Shown piece after piece: positions 47,700 through 62,600 of a stretch of DNA of 64,000 nucleotides (the stretch's first letter is position 1; every line of letters begins with the position of its first letter). Position numbers and translations under genes: made by a program. The stretch lies in assembly GCA_032718475.1 (NCBI GenBank), contig JAUCBJ010000579.1, forward strand, positions 1 to 64,000, written 5' to 3'. The DNA is from Nemertoderma westbladi (lineage: Eukaryota; Animalia; Xenacoelomorpha). Below the pieces are notes generated by a model. The model was not told the DNA's origin and made no database searches. It worked only from the letters and a program-made list of their open reading frames with translations.

Positions 47700-50600
47700 G
47701 TGGATTTAAGTGCGGACACGGGATGGAGAAAGGGCTGGGAAGATTCCGTTACCGGTGGTGTGGCTGTACACGGGATGGAGAAAGGGCAGGGAAGATTGCG
47801 TTACAGGTGGTGTGGATGTACACGGGGATGGAGAAAGGGCAGGGAAGATTGCGTTACAGGTGGTGTGGCTGTACACGGGTTGGAGAAAGGGCAGGGAAGA
47901 TTGCGTTACAGGTGGTGTGGATGTACACGGGATGGAGAAAGGGCAGGGAAGATTGCGTTACAGGTGGTGTGGCTGTACACGGGTTGGAGAAAGGGCAGGG
48001 AAGATTGCGTTACAGGTGGTGTGGATGTACACGGGATGGAGAAAGGGCAGGGAAGATTGCGTTACCGGTGGTGTGGAAGTACACGGGGATGGAGAAAGGG
48101 CAGGGAAGATTGCGTTACAGGTGGTGTGGCTGTACACGGGTTGGAGAAAGGGCAGGGAAGATTGCGTTACAGGTGGTGTGGCTGTACACGGGGATGGAGA
48201 AAGGGCAGGGAAGATTGCGTTACAGGTGGTGTGGCTGTACACGGAATGGAGAAAGGGCTGGGAAGATTGCGTTACAGGTGGTGTGGCTGTACACGGGTTG
48301 GAGAAAGGGCAGGGAATATTGCGTTACAGGTGGTGTGGATGTACACGGGATGGAGAAAGGGCAGGGAAGATTGCGTTACCGGTGGTGTGGAAGTACACGG
48401 GGATGGAGAAAGGGCAGGGAAGATTGCGTTACAGGTGGTGTGGCTGTACACGGGTTGGAGAAAGGGCAGGGAAGATTGCGTTACAGGTGGTGTGGATGTA
48501 CACGGGATGGAGAAAGGGCAGGGAAGATTGCGTTACCGGTGGTGTGGAAGTACACGGGGATGGAGAAAGGGCAGGGAAGATTGCGTTACAGGTGGTGTGG
48601 CTGTACACGGGTTGGAGAAAGGGCAGGGAAGATTGCGTTACAGGTGGTGTGGCTGTACACGGGGATGGAGAAAGGGCAGGGAAGATTGCGTTACAGGTGG
48701 TGTGGCTGTACACGGAATGGAGAAAGGGCTGGGAAGATTGCGTTACAGGTGGTGTGGCTGTACACGGGTTGGAGAAAGGGCAGGGAAGATTGCGTTACAG
48801 GTGGTGTGGATGTACACGGGATGGAGAAAGGGCAGGGAAGATTGCGTTACCGGTGGTGTGGCTGTACACGGGGATGGAGAAAGGGCAGGGAAGATTGCGT
48901 TACCGGTGGTGTGGCTGTACACGGGGATGGAGAAAGGGCAGGGAAGATTGCGTTACAGGTGGTGTGGCTGTACACGGGTTGGAGAAAGGGCAGGGAAGAT
49001 TGCGTTACAGGTGGTGTGGCTGTACACGGGGATGGAGAAAGGGCAGGGAAGATTGCGTTACAGGTGGTGTGGCTGTACACGGGTTGGAGAAAGGGCAGGG
49101 AAGATTGCGTTACAGGTGGTGTGGCTGTACACGGGGATGGAGAAAGGGCAGGGAAGATTGCGTTACAGGTGGTGTGGCTGTACACGGAATGGAGAAAGGG
49201 CTGGGAAGATTGCGTTACAGGTGGTGTGGCTGTACACGGGTTGGAGAAAGGGCAGGGAAGATTGCGTTACAGGTGGTGTGGATGTACACGGGGATGGAGA
49301 AAGGGCAGGGAAGATTGCGTTACAGGTGGTGTGGCTGTACACGGGTTGGAGAAAGGGCAGGGAAGATTGCGTTACAGGTGGTGTGGCTGTACACGGGGAT
49401 GGAGAAAGGGCAGGGAAGATTGCGTTACCGGTGGTGTGGCTGTACACGGGGATGGAGAAAGGGCAGGGAAGATTGCGTTACAGGTGGTGTGGCTGTACAC
49501 GGGTTGGAGAAAGGGCAGGGAAGATTGCGTTACAGGTGGTGTGGCTGTACACGGGGATGGAGAAAGGGCAGGGAAGATTGCGTTACAGGTGGTGTGGCTG
49601 TACACGGGTTGGAGAAAGGGCAGGGAAGATTGCGTTACAGGTGGTGTGGCTGTACACGGGGATGGAGAAAGGGCAGGGAAGATTGCGTTACAGGTGGTGT
49701 GGCTGTACACGGAATGGAGAAAGGGCTGGGAAGATTGCGTTACAGGTGGTGTGGCTGTACACGGGTTGGAGAAAGGGCAGGGAAGATTGCGTTACAGGTG
49801 GTGTGGATGTACACGGGATGGAGAAAGGGCAGGGAAGATTGCGTTACCGGTGGTGTGGCTGTACACGGGGATGGAGAAAGGGCAGGGAAGATTGCGTTAC
49901 CGGTGGTGTGGCTGTACACGGGGATGGAGAAAGGGCAGGGAAGATTGCGTTACCGGTGGTGTGGCTGTACACGGGGATGGAGAAAGGGCAGGGAAGATTG
50001 CGTTACAGGTGGTGTGGAAGTACACGTGGATGGAGAAAGGGCAGGGAAGATTGCGTTACCGGTGGTGTGGCTGTACACGGGGATGGAGAAAGGGCAGGGA
50101 AGATTGCGTTACCGGTGGTGTGGCTGTACACGGGGATGGAGAAAGGGCAGGGAAGATTGCGTTACCGGTGGTGTGGCTGTACACGGGGATGGAGAAAGGG
50201 CAGGGAAGATTGCGTTACAGGTGGTGTGGAAGTACACGTGGATGGAGAAAAGGCAGGGAAGATTGCGTTACCGGTGGTGTGGCTGTACACGGGGATGGAG
50301 AAAGGGCAGGGAAGATTGCGTTACCGGTGGTGTGGCTGTACACGGGGATGGAGAAAGGGCAGGGAAGATTGCGTTACCGGTGGTGTGGCTGTACACGGGG
50401 ATGGAGAAAGGGCAGGGAAGATTGCGTTACCGGTGGTGTGGCTGTACACGGGGATGGAGAAAGGGCAGGGAAGATTGCGTTACAGGTGGTGTGGAAGTAC
50501 ACGTGGATGGAGAAAGGGCAGGGAAGATTGCGTTACCGGTGGTGTGGCTGTACACGGGGATGGAGAAAGGGCAGGGAAGATTGCGTTACCGGTGGTGTGG

Positions 50601-53600
50601 CTGTACACGGGGATGGAGAAAGGGCAGGGAAGATTGCGTTACCGGTGGTGTGGCTGTACACGGGGATGGAGAAAGGGCAGGGAAGATTGCGTTACAGGTG
50701 GTGTGGAAGTACACGTGGATGGAGAAAGGGCAGGGAAGATTGCGTTACCGGTGGTGTGGCTGTACACGGGGATGGAGAAAGGGCAGGGAAGATTGCGTTA
50801 CCGGTGGTGTGGCTGTACACGGGATGGAGAAAGGGCAGGGAAGATTGCGTTACCGGTGGTGTGGCTGTACACGGGGATGGAGAAAGGGCAGGGAAGATTG
50901 CGTTACCGGTGGTGTGGCTGTACACGGGGATGGAGAAAGGGCAGGGAAGATTGCGTTACAGGTGGTGTGGCTGTACACGTGGATGGAGAAAGGGCAGGGA
51001 AGATTGCGTTACAGGTGGTGTGGATGTACACGGGGATGGAGAAAGGGCAGGGAAGATTGCGTTACCGGTGGTGTGGCTGTACACGGGGATGGAGAAAGGG
51101 CAGGGAAGATTGCGTTACAGGTGGTGTGGCTGTACACGGGGATGGAGAAAGGGAAGGGAAGATTGCGTTACCGGTGGTGTGGCTGTACACGGGGATGGAG
51201 AAAGGGCAGGGAAGATTGCGTTACAGGTGGTGTGGCTGTACACGGGGATGGAGAAAGGGCAGGGAAGATTGCGTTACAGGTGGTGTGGCTGTACACGGGG
51301 ATGGAGAAAGGGAAGGGAAGATTGCGTTACCGGTGGTGTGGCTGTACACGGGGATGGAGAAAGGGCAGGGAAGATTGCGTTACCGGTGGTGTGGCTGTAC
51401 ACGGGGATGGAGAAAGGGCAGGGAAGATTGCGTTACAGGTGGTGTGGAAGTACACGTGGATGGAGAAAGGGCAGGGAAGATTGCGTTACCGGTGGTGTGG
51501 CTGTACACGGGGATGGAGAAAGGGCAGGGAAGATTGCGTTACCGGTGGTGTGGCTGTACACGGGGATGGAGAAAGGGAAGGGAAGATTGCGTTACCGGTG
51601 GTGTGGCTGTACACGGGGATGGAGAAAGGGCAGGGAAGATTGCGTTACCGGTGGTGTGGCTGTACACGGGGATGGAGAAAGGGCAGGGAAGATTGCGTTA
51701 CAGGTGGTGCGGAAGTACACGGGCCGGAGAAAGGGCTGGGAAGATTGCGTTACAGGTGGTGTGGCTGTACACGGAATGGAGAAAGGGCTGGGAAGATTGC
51801 GTTACAGGTGGTGTGGCTGTACACGGAATGGAGAAAGGGCTGGGAAGATTGCGTTACAGGTGGTGTGGCTGTACACGGAATGGAGAAAGGGCTGGGAAGA
51901 TTGCGTTACCGGTGGTGTGGCTGTACACGGGGATGGAGAAAGGGCTGGGAAGATTGCGTTACCGGTGGTGTGGATGTACACGGAATGGAGAAAGGGAAGG
52001 GAAGATTGCGTTACCGGTGGTGTGGCTGTACACGGGGATGGAGAAAGGGCAGGGAAGATTGCGTTACCGGTGGTGTGGCTGTACACGGGGATGGAGAAAG
52101 GGCAGGGAAGATTGCGTTACCGGTGGTGTGGCTGTACACGGGATGGAGAAAGGGCAGGGAAGATTGCGTTACAGGTGGTGTGGCTGTACACGGAATGGAG
52201 AAAGGGCTGGGAAGATTGCGTTACAGGTGGTGTGGCTGTACACGGGGATGGAGAAAGGGCAGGGAAGATTGCGTTACCGGTGGTGTGGCTGTACACGGGG
52301 ATGGAGAAAGGGCAGGGAAGATTGCGTTACCGGTGGTGTGGCTGTACACGGGATGGAGAAAGGGCAGGGAAGATTGCGTTACAGGTGGTGTGGCTGTACA
52401 CGGGACGGAGAAAGGGCAGGGAAGATTGCGTTACAGGTGGTGTGGATGTACACGGGGATGGAGAAAGGGCAGGGAAGATTGCGTTACAGGTGGTGTGGCT
52501 GTACACGGGGATGGAGAAAGGGCAGGGAAGATTGCGTTACAGGTGGTGTGGCTGTACACGGGGATGGAGAAAGGGCAGGGAAGATTGCGTTACAGGTGGT
52601 GTGGCTGTACACGGGATGGAGAAGGGGCAGGGAAGATTGCGTTACCGGTGGTGTGGATGTACACGGGGATGGAGAAAGGGCAGGGAAGATTGCGTTACCG
52701 GTGGTGTGGCTGTACACGGGGATGGAGAAAGGGCAGGGAAGATTGCATTACAGGTGGTGTGGAAGTACACGGGGATGGAGAAAGGGCAGGGAAGATTGCG
52801 TTACAGGTGGTGTGGCTGTACACGGGGATGGAGAAAGGGCAGGGAAGATTGCGTTACAGGTGGTGTGCATGTACACGGGGATGGAGAAAGGGCAGGGAAG
52901 ATTGCATTACAGGTGGTGTGGCTGTACGTACACGGGGATGGAGAAAGGGCAGGGAAGATTGCGTTACAGGTGGTGTGGCTGTACACGTGGATGGAGAAAG
53001 GGCAGGGAAGATTGCGTTACCGGTGGTGTGGCTGTACACGGGGATGGAGAAAGGGCAGGGAAGATTGCGTTACCGGTGGTGTGGCTGTACACGGGGATGG
53101 AGAAAGGGCAGGGAAGATTGCGTTAAGGTGGTGTGGATGTACACGGGATGGAGAAAGGGCAGGGAAGATTGCGTTACAGGTGGTGTGGCTGTACACGGGG
53201 ATGGAGAAAGGGCAGGGAAGATTGCGTTACAGGTGGTATGGATGTACACGGGATGGAGAAAGGGAAGGGAAGATTGCGTTACAGGTGGTGTGGATGTACA
53301 CGGGGATGGAGAAAGGGCAGGGAAGATTGCGTTACCGGTGGTGTGGCTGTACACGGGGATGGAGAAAGGGCAGGGAAGATTGCGTTACCGGTGGTGTGGA
53401 TGTACACGGGTTGGAGAAAGGGCAGGGAAGATTGCGTTACAGGTGGTGTGGATGTACACGGAATGGAGAAAGGGCAGGGAAGATTCCGTCACAGGGGTGG
53501 TGTGGATGTACACGGGATGGAGAAAGGGCAGGGAAGATTGCGTTACAGGTGGTGTGGATGTACACGGGGATGGAGAAGGGGCAGGGAAGATTGCGTTACC

Positions 53601-56600
53601 GGTGGTGTGGATGTACACGGGTTGGAGAAAGGGCAGGGAAGATTGCGTTACCGGTGGTGTGGCTGTACACGGGATGGAGAAAGGGCTGGGAAGATTGCGT
53701 TACCGGTGGTGTGGCTGTACACGGGATGGAGAAAGGGCAGGGAAGATTGCGTTACCGGTGGTGTGGCTGTACACGGGGATGGAGAAAGGGCAGGGAAGAT
53801 TGCGTTACAGGTGGTGTGGCTGTACACGGGGATGGAGAAAGGGCAGGGAAGATTGCGTTACAGGTGGTGTGGCTGTACACGGGGATGGAGAAAGGGCAGG
53901 GAAGATTGCGTTACAGGTGGTGTGGATGTACACGGGGATGGAGAAAGGGCAGGGAAGATTGCGTTACAGGTGGTGTGGCTGTACACGGGATGGAGAAAGG
54001 GCAGGGAAGATTGCGTTACCGGTGGTGTGGATGTACACGGGTTGGAGAAAGGGCAGGGAAGATTGCGTTACAGGTGGTGTGGATGTACACGGGGATGGAG
54101 AAAGGGCAGGGAAGATTGCGTTACCGGTGGTGTGGATGTACACGGGGATGGAGAAAGGGCAGGGAAGATTGCGTTACCGGTGGTGTGGATGTACACGGGG
54201 ATGGAGAAAGGGCAGGGAAGATTGCGTTACCGGTGGTGTGGATGTACACGGGTTGGAGAAAGGGCAGGGAAGATTGCGTTACAGGTGGTGTGGCTGTACA
54301 CGGAATGGAGAAAGGGCAGGGAAGATTCCGTCACAGGGGTGGTGTGGATGTACACGGGATGGAGAAAGGGCAGGGAAGATTGCGTTACAGGTGGTGTGGA
54401 TGTACACGGGGATGGAGAAAGGGCAGGGAAGATTGCGTTACCGGTGGTGTGGATGTACACGGGGATGGAGAAAGGGCAGGGAAGATTGCGTTACAGGTGG
54501 TATGGATGTACACGGGATGGAGAAAGGGCAGGGAAGATTGCGTTACAGGTGGTGTGGCTGTACACGGGGATGGAGAAAGGGCAGGGAAGATTGCGTTAAG
54601 GTGGTGTGGCTGTACACGGGGATGGAGAAAGGGCAGGGAAGATTGCGTTACAGGTGGTGTGGCTGTACACGGGATGGAGAAAGGGCAGGGAAGATTGCGT
54701 TACCGGTGGTGTGGATGTACACAGGTTGGAGAAAGGGCAGGGAAGATTGCGTTACAGGTGGTGTGGATGTACACGGGATGGAGAAAGGGCAGGGAAGATT
54801 GCGTTACAGGTGGTATGGATGTACACGGGATGGAGAAAGGGCAGGGAAGATTGCGTTACAGGTGGTATGGATGTACACGGGATGGAGAAAGGGCAGGGAA
54901 GATTGCGTTACAGGTGGTGTGGATGTACACGGGATGGAGAAAGGACAGGGAAGATTGCGTTACAGGTGGTGTGGATGTACACGGGATGGAGAAAGGGCAG
55001 GGAAGATTGCGTTACAGGTGGTATGGATGTACACGGGATGGAGAAAGGGCAGGGAAGATTGCGTTACAGGTGGTGTGGATGTACACGGGATGGAGAAAGG
55101 ACAGGGAAGATTGCGTTACAGGTGGTGTGGATGTACACGGGATGGAGAAAGGGCAGGGAAGATTGCGTTACAGGTGGTGTGGATGTACACGGGATGGAGA
55201 AAGGGCAGGGAAGATTGCGTTACAGGTGGTATGGATGTACACGGGATGGAGAAAGGGCAGGGAAGATTGCGTTACAGGTGGTGTGGCTGTACACGGGATG
55301 GAGAAAGGACAGGGAAGATTGCGTTACAGGTGGTGTGGATGTACACGGGATGGAGAAAGGGCAGGGAAGATTGCGTTACAGGTGGTGTGGATGTACACGG
55401 GGATGGAGAAAGGGCAGGGAAGATTGCGTTACAGGTGGTGTGGATGTACACGGGGATGGAGAAAGGGCAGGGAAGATTGCGTTACAGGTGGTGTGGATGT
55501 ACACGGGGATGGAGAAAGGGCAGGGAAGATTGCGTTACAGGTGGTGTGGATGTACACGGGATGGATAAAGGGCAGAGAAGATTGCGTTACAGGTGGTGTG
55601 GATGTACACGGGATGGAGAAAGGGCAGGGAAGATTGCGTTACAGGTGGTGTGGATGTACACGGGATGGAGAAAGGGCAGGGAAGATTGCGTTACAAGTGG
55701 TGTGGATGTAAGTACACGGGATGGAGAAAGGGCAGGGAAGATTGCGTTACAGGTGGTGTGGATGTACACGGGATGGAGAAAGGGCAGGGAAGATTGCGTT
55801 ACAGGTGGTGTGGATGTACACGGGATGGAGAAAGGGCAGGGAAGATTGCGTTAAGGTGGTGTGGATGTACACGGGGATGGATAAAGGGCAGAGAAGATTG
55901 CGTTACAGGTGGTGTGGATGTACACGGGGACGGAGAGAAAGGGCAGGGAAGATTGCGTTACAGGAGGTGTGGATGTACACGGGATGGAGAAAGGGCAGGG
56001 AAGATTGCGTTACAAGTGGTGTGGAAGTACACGGGCCGGAGAAAGGGCAGGGAAGATCCCGTTACAGGTGGTGTGGAAGTACACGGGATGGAGAAAGGGC
56101 AGGGAAGATTGCGTTACAGGTGGTGTGGATGTACACGGGATGGAGAAAGGGCAGGGAAGATCCCGTTACAGGTGGTGTGGAAGTACACGGGATGGAGAAA
56201 GGGCAGGGAAGATTGCGTTACAGGTGGTGTGGATGTACACGGGATGGAGAAAGGGCAGGGAAGATTGCGTTACAGGTGGTGTGGAAGTACACGGGCCGGA
56301 GAAAGGGCAGGGAAGATCCCGTTACAGGTGGTGTGGAAGTACACGGGATGGAGAAAGGGCAGGGAAGATTGCGTTACAGGTGGTGTGGATGTACACGGGA
56401 TGGAGAAAGGGCAGGGAAGATTGCGTTACAGGTGGTGTGGATGTACACGGGATGGATAAAGGGCAGGGAAGATTCCGTTACAGGTGGTCTGGATGTTCAC
56501 GGGATGGAGAAAGGGCAGGGAAGATTGCGTTACAGTTGGTGTGGATGTACACGGGATGGAGAAAGGGCAGGGAAGATTGCGTTACAGGTGGTGTGGATGT

Positions 56601-59600
56601 ACACGGGATGGAGAAAGGGCAGGGAAGATTCCGTTACAGGGGTGGTGTGGCTGTACACGGGGATGGAGAAAGGGCAGGGAAGATTGCGTTACAGGTGGTG
56701 TGGATGTACACGGGATGGAGAAAGGGCAGGGAAGATTGCGTTACAGGTGGTGTGGATGTACACGGGATGGAGAAAGGGCAGGGAAGATCCCGTTACAGGT
56801 GGTGTGGAAGTACACGGGATGGAGAAAGGGCAGGGAAGATTGCGTTACAGGTGGTGTGGATGTACACGGGATGGAGAAAGGGCAGGGAAGATTGCGTTAC
56901 AGGTGGTGTGGAAGTACACGGGCCGGAGAAAGGGCAGGGAAGATCCCGTTACAGGTGGTGTGGAAGTACACGGGATGGAGAAAGGGCAGGGAAGATTGCG
57001 TTACAGGTGGTGTGGATGTACACGGGATGGAGAAAGGGCAGGGAAGATTGCGTTACAGGTGGTGTGGATGTACACGGGATGGATAAAGGGCAGGGAAGAT
57101 TCCGTTACAGGTGGTCTGGATGTTCACGGGATGGAGAAAGGGCAGGGAAGATTGCGTTACAGTTGGTGTGGATGTACACGGGATGGAGAAAGGGCAGGGA
57201 AGATTGCGTTACAGGTGGTGTGGATGTACACGGGATGGAGAAAGGGCAGGGAAGATTCCGTTACAGGGGTGGTGTGGCTGTACACGGGGATGGAGAAAGG
57301 GCAGGGAAGATTGCGTTACAGGTGGTGTGGATGTACACGGGATGGAGAAAGGGCAGGGAAGATTGCGTTACAGGTGGTGTGGCTGTACACGGGATGGAGA
57401 AAGGGCAGGGAAGATTGCGTTACAGGTGGTGTGGATGTACACGGGATGGAGAAAGGGCAGGGAAGATTGCGTTACAGGTGGTGTGGATGTACACGGGATG
57501 GAGAAAGGGCAGGGAAGATTCCGTTACAGGGGTGGTGTGGCTGTACACAGGGATGGAGAATGGGCAGGGAAGATTGCGTTACAGGGGGTGTGGAAGTACA
57601 CGGGACGGAGAAAGGGCAGGGAAGATCCCGTTACAGGTGGTGTGGATGTACACGGGTTGGAGAAAGGGTAGGGAAGATTCCGTTACAGGTGGTGTGGATG
57701 TACACGGGTTGGAGAAAGGGCAGGGAAGATTGCGTTACCGGTGGTGTGGATGTACACGGGATGGAGAAAGGGCAGGGAAGATTGCGTTACAGGTGGTGTG
57801 GATGTACACGGGGATGGAGAAAGGGCAGGGAAGATCCCGTTACAGGTGGTGTGGATGTACACGGGATGGAGAAAGGGCAGGGAAGATTGCGTTACAGGTG
57901 GTGTGGATGTACACGGGGATGGAGAAAGGGCAGGGAAGATCCCGTTACAGGTGGTGTGGATGTACACGGGTTGGAGAAAGGGCAGGGAAGATTGCGTTAC
58001 AGGTGGTGTGGATGTACACGGGATGGAGAAAGGGCAGGGAAGATTGCGTTACAGGTGGTGTGGATGTACACGGGGATGGAGAAAGGGCAGGGAAGATCCC
58101 GTTACAGGTGGTGTGGATGTACACGGGTTGGAGAAAGGGCAGGGAAGATTCCGTTACAGGTGGTGTGGATGTACACGGGTTGGAGAAAGGGCAGGGAAGA
58201 TTGCGTTACCGGTGGTGTGGATGTACACGGGATGGAGAAAGGGCAGGGAAGATTGCGTTACAGGTGGTGTGGATGTACACGGGGATGGAGAAAGGGCAGG
58301 GAAGATCCTGTTACAGGTGGTGTGGATGTACACGGGATGGAGAAAGGGCAGGGAAGATTGCGTTACAAGTGGTGTGGATGTAAGTACACGGGATGGAGAA
58401 AGGGCAGGGAAGATTGCGTTACAGGTGGTGTGGATGTACACGGGATGGAGAAAGGGCAGGGAAGATTGCGTTACAGGTGGTGTGGATGTACACGGGATGG
58501 ATAAAGGGCAGGGAAGATTCCGTTACAGGTGGTCTGGATGTTCACGGGATGGAGAAAGGGCAGGGAAGATTGCGTTACAGTTGGTGTGGATGTACACGGG
58601 ATGGAGAAAGGGCAGGGAAGATTGCGTTACAGGTGGTGTGGATGTACACGGGATGGAGAAAGGGCAGGGAAGATTCCGTTACCGGTGGTGTGGCTGTACA
58701 CGGGATGGAGAAAGGGCAGGGAAGATTGCGTTACAGGTGGTGTGGATGTACACGGGATGGAGAAAGGGCAGGGAAGATTGCGTTACAGGTGGTGTGGATG
58801 TACACGGGATGGATAAAGGGCAGGGAAGATTCCGTTACAGGTGGTCTGGATGTTCACGGGATGGAGAAAGGGCAGGGAAGATTGCGTTACATGTGGTGTG
58901 GATGTACACGGGATGGATAAAGGGCAGGGAAGATTCCGTTACAGGTGGTCTGGATGTTCACGGGATGGAGAAAGGGCAGGGAAGATTCCGTTACAGGTGG
59001 TCTGGATGTTCACGGGATGGAGAAAGGGCAGGGAAGATTACGTTACAGGTGGTGTGGATGTACACGGGATGGAGAAAGGGCAGGGAAGATTCCGTTACAG
59101 GGGTGGTGTGGATGTACACGGGATGGAGAAAGGGCAGGGAAGATTGCGTTACAGGTGGTGTGGATGTACACGGGATGGAGAAAGGGCAGGGAAGATTGCG
59201 TTACAGGTGGTGTGGATGTACACGGGATGGAGAAAGGGCAGGGAAGATTCCGTTACAGGGGTGGTGTGGATGTACACGGGATGGAGAAAGGGCAGGGAAG
59301 ATTGCGTTACAGGTGGTGTGGCTGTACACAGGGATGGAGAATGGGCAGGGAAGATTGCGTTACAGGGGGTGTGGAAGTACACGGGACGGAGAAAGGGCAG
59401 GGAAGATCCCGTTACAGGTGGTGTGGAAGTACACGGGACGGAGAAAGGGCAGGGAAGATTCCGTTACAGGTGGTGTGGATGTACACGGGGATGGAGAAAG
59501 GGCAGGGAAGATTGCGTTACAGGTGGTGTGGCTGTACAAGGGGATGGAGAAAGGGCAGGGAAGATTGCGTTACAGGGGTGTGGAAGTACACGGGACGGAG

Positions 59601-62600
59601 AAAGGGCAGGGAAGATTCCGTTACAGGTGGTGTGGAAGTACACGGGACGGAGAAAGGGCAGGGAAGATTCCGTTACAGGTGGTGTGGATGTTCACGGGGA
59701 TGGAGAAAGGGCAGAGAAGATTGCGTAACAGGTGGTGTGGATGTACACGGGGTGGAGAAAGGGCAGGGAAGATTGCGTTACAGGTGGTGTGCATGTACAC
59801 GGGATGGAGAAAGGGCAGGGAAGATTGCGTTACAGGTGGTGTGGATGTACACGGGATGGAGAAAGGGCAGGGAAGATTGCGTTAGAGGTGGTGTGGATGT
59901 ACACGGGGACGGAGAAAGGACAGGGAAGATTGCGTTACAGGTGGTGTGGATGTACACGGGATGGAGAAAGGGCAGGGAAGATTCCGTTACAGGGGTGGTG
60001 TGGCTGTACACAGGGATGGAGAATGGGCAGGGAAGATTGCGTTACAGGGGGTGTGGAAGTACACGGGCCGGAGAAAGGGCAGGGAAGATCCCGTTACAGG
60101 TGGTGTGGAAGTACACGGGACGGAGAAAGGGCAGGGAAGATTCCGTTACAGGTGGTGTGGATGTACACGGGATGGAGAAAGGGCAGGGAAGATTCCGTTA
60201 CAGGTGGTGTGGATGTACACGGGGATGGAGAAAGGGCAGGGAAGATTGCGTTACAGGTGGTGTGGATGTACACGGGATGGAGAAAGGGCAGGGAAGATTG
60301 CGTTACAGGTGGTGTGGAAGTACACGGGGATGGAGAAAGGGCAGGGAAGATTGCGTTACAAGTGGTGTGGAAGTACACGGGCCGGAGAAAGGGCAGGGAA
60401 GATTGCGTTACAGGTGGTGTGGATGTACACGGGATGGAGAAAGGGCAGGGAAGATTGCGTTACAGGTGGTGTGGAAGTACACGGGGATGGAGAAAGGGCA
60501 GGGAAGATCCCGTTACAGGTGGTGTGGAAGTACACGGGATGGAGAAAGGGCAGGTAAGATTGCGTTACAGGTGGTGTGGAAGTACACGTGGATGGAGAAA
60601 GGGCAGGGAAGATTGCGTTACCGGTGGTGTGGCTGTACACGGGATGGAGAAAGGGCAGGGAAGATTGCGTTACAGGTGGTGTGGATGTACACGGGATGGA
60701 GAAAGGGCAGGGAAGATTGCGTTAGAGGTGGTGTGGATGTACACGGGATGGAGAAAGGACAGGGAAGATTGCGTTACAGGTGGTGTGGATGTACACGGGA
60801 TGGAGAAAGGGCAGGGAAGATTGCGTTACAGGTGGTGTGGCTGTACACAGGGATGGAGAATGGGCAGGGAAGATTGCGTTACAGGGGGTGTGGAAGTACA
60901 CGGGCCGGAGAAAGGGCAGGGAAGATCCCGTTACAGGTGGTGTGGAAGTACACGGGACGGAGAAAGGGCAGGGAAGATTCCGTTACAGGTGGTGTGGATG
61001 TACACGGGGATGGAGAAAGGGCAGGGAAGATTGCGTTACAGGTGGTGTGGCTGTACACGGGGATGGAGAAAGGGCAGGGAAGATTCCGTTACAGGTGGTG
61101 TGGAAGTACACGGGCCGGAGAAAGGGCAGGGAAGATCCCGTTACAGGTGGTGTGGAAGTACACGGGACGGAGAAAGGGCAGGGAAGATTCCGTTACAGGT
61201 GGTGTGGATGTACACGGGGATGGAGAAAGGGCAGGGAAGATTGCGTTACAGGTGGTGTGGCTATATACGGGGACGGAGAAAGGGCAGGGAAGATTCCGTT
61301 ACAGGTGGTGTGGATGTACACGGGGATGGAGAAAGGGCAGGGACGATTGCGTTACAGGTGGTGTGGAAGTACACGGGATGGAGAAAGGGCAGGGAAGTTT
61401 GCGTTACAGGTGGTGTGGATGTACACGGGATGGAGAAAGGGCAGGGAAGATTGCGTTACAGGTGGTGTGGAAGTACACGGGATGGAGAAAGGGCAGGGAA
61501 GTTTGCGTTACAGGTGGTGTGGATGTACACGGGATGGAGAAAGGGCAGGGAAGATTGCGTTACAGGTGGTGTGGAAGTACACGGGATGGAGAAAGGGCAG
61601 GGAAGATTCCGTTACAGGTGGTGTGGATGTACACGGGATGGAGAAAGGGCAGGGAAGATTGCGTTACAGGTGGTGTGGAAGTACACGGGATGGAGAAAGG
61701 GCAGGGAAGATTGCGTTACAGGTGGTGTGGAAGTACACGGGATGGAGAAAGGGCAGGGAAGTTTGCGTTACAGGTGGTGTGGATGTACACGGGATGGAGA
61801 AAGGGCAGGGAAGATTGCGTTACAGGTGGTGTGGAAGTACACGGGATGGAGAAAGGGCAGGGAAGTTTGCGTTACAGGTGGTGTGGATGTACACGGGATG
61901 GAGAAAGGGCAGGGAAGATTGCGTTACAGGTGGTGTGGAAGTACACGGGATGGAGAAAGGGCAGGGAAGTTTGCGTTACAGGTGGTGTGGCTATATACGG
62001 GGATGGAGAAAGGGCAGGGAAGATTGCGTTACAGGTGGTGTGGAAGTACACGGGACGGAGAAAGGGCAGGGAAGATTGCGTTACAGGTGGTGTGGCTGTA
62101 CACGGGACGGAGAAAGGGCAGGGAAGATTGCGTTAGAGGTGGTGTGGATGTACACGGGGACGGAGAAAGGGCAGGGAAGATTGCGTTACAGGTGGTGTGG
62201 AAGTACACGGGGACGGAGAAAGGGCAGGGAAGATTGCGTTACAGGTGGTGTGGAAGTACACGGGGACGGAGAAAGGGCAGGGAAGATTGCGTTACAGGTG
62301 GTGTGGAAGTACACGGGGACGGAGAGAAAGGGCAGGGAAGATTGCGTTACAGGTGGTGTGGCTGTACACAGGGATGGAGAATGGGCAGGGAAGATTGCGT
62401 TACAGGTGGTGTGGCTGTACACGGGACGGAGAAAGGGCAGGGAAGATTGCGTTAGAGGTGGTGTGGATGTACACGGGGACGGAGAAAGGGCAGGGAAGAT
62501 CCCGTTACAGGTGGTGTGGAAGTACACGGGACGGAGAAAGGGCAGGGAAGATTCCGTTACAGGTGGTGTGGATGTACACGGGGATGGAGAAAGGGCAGGG

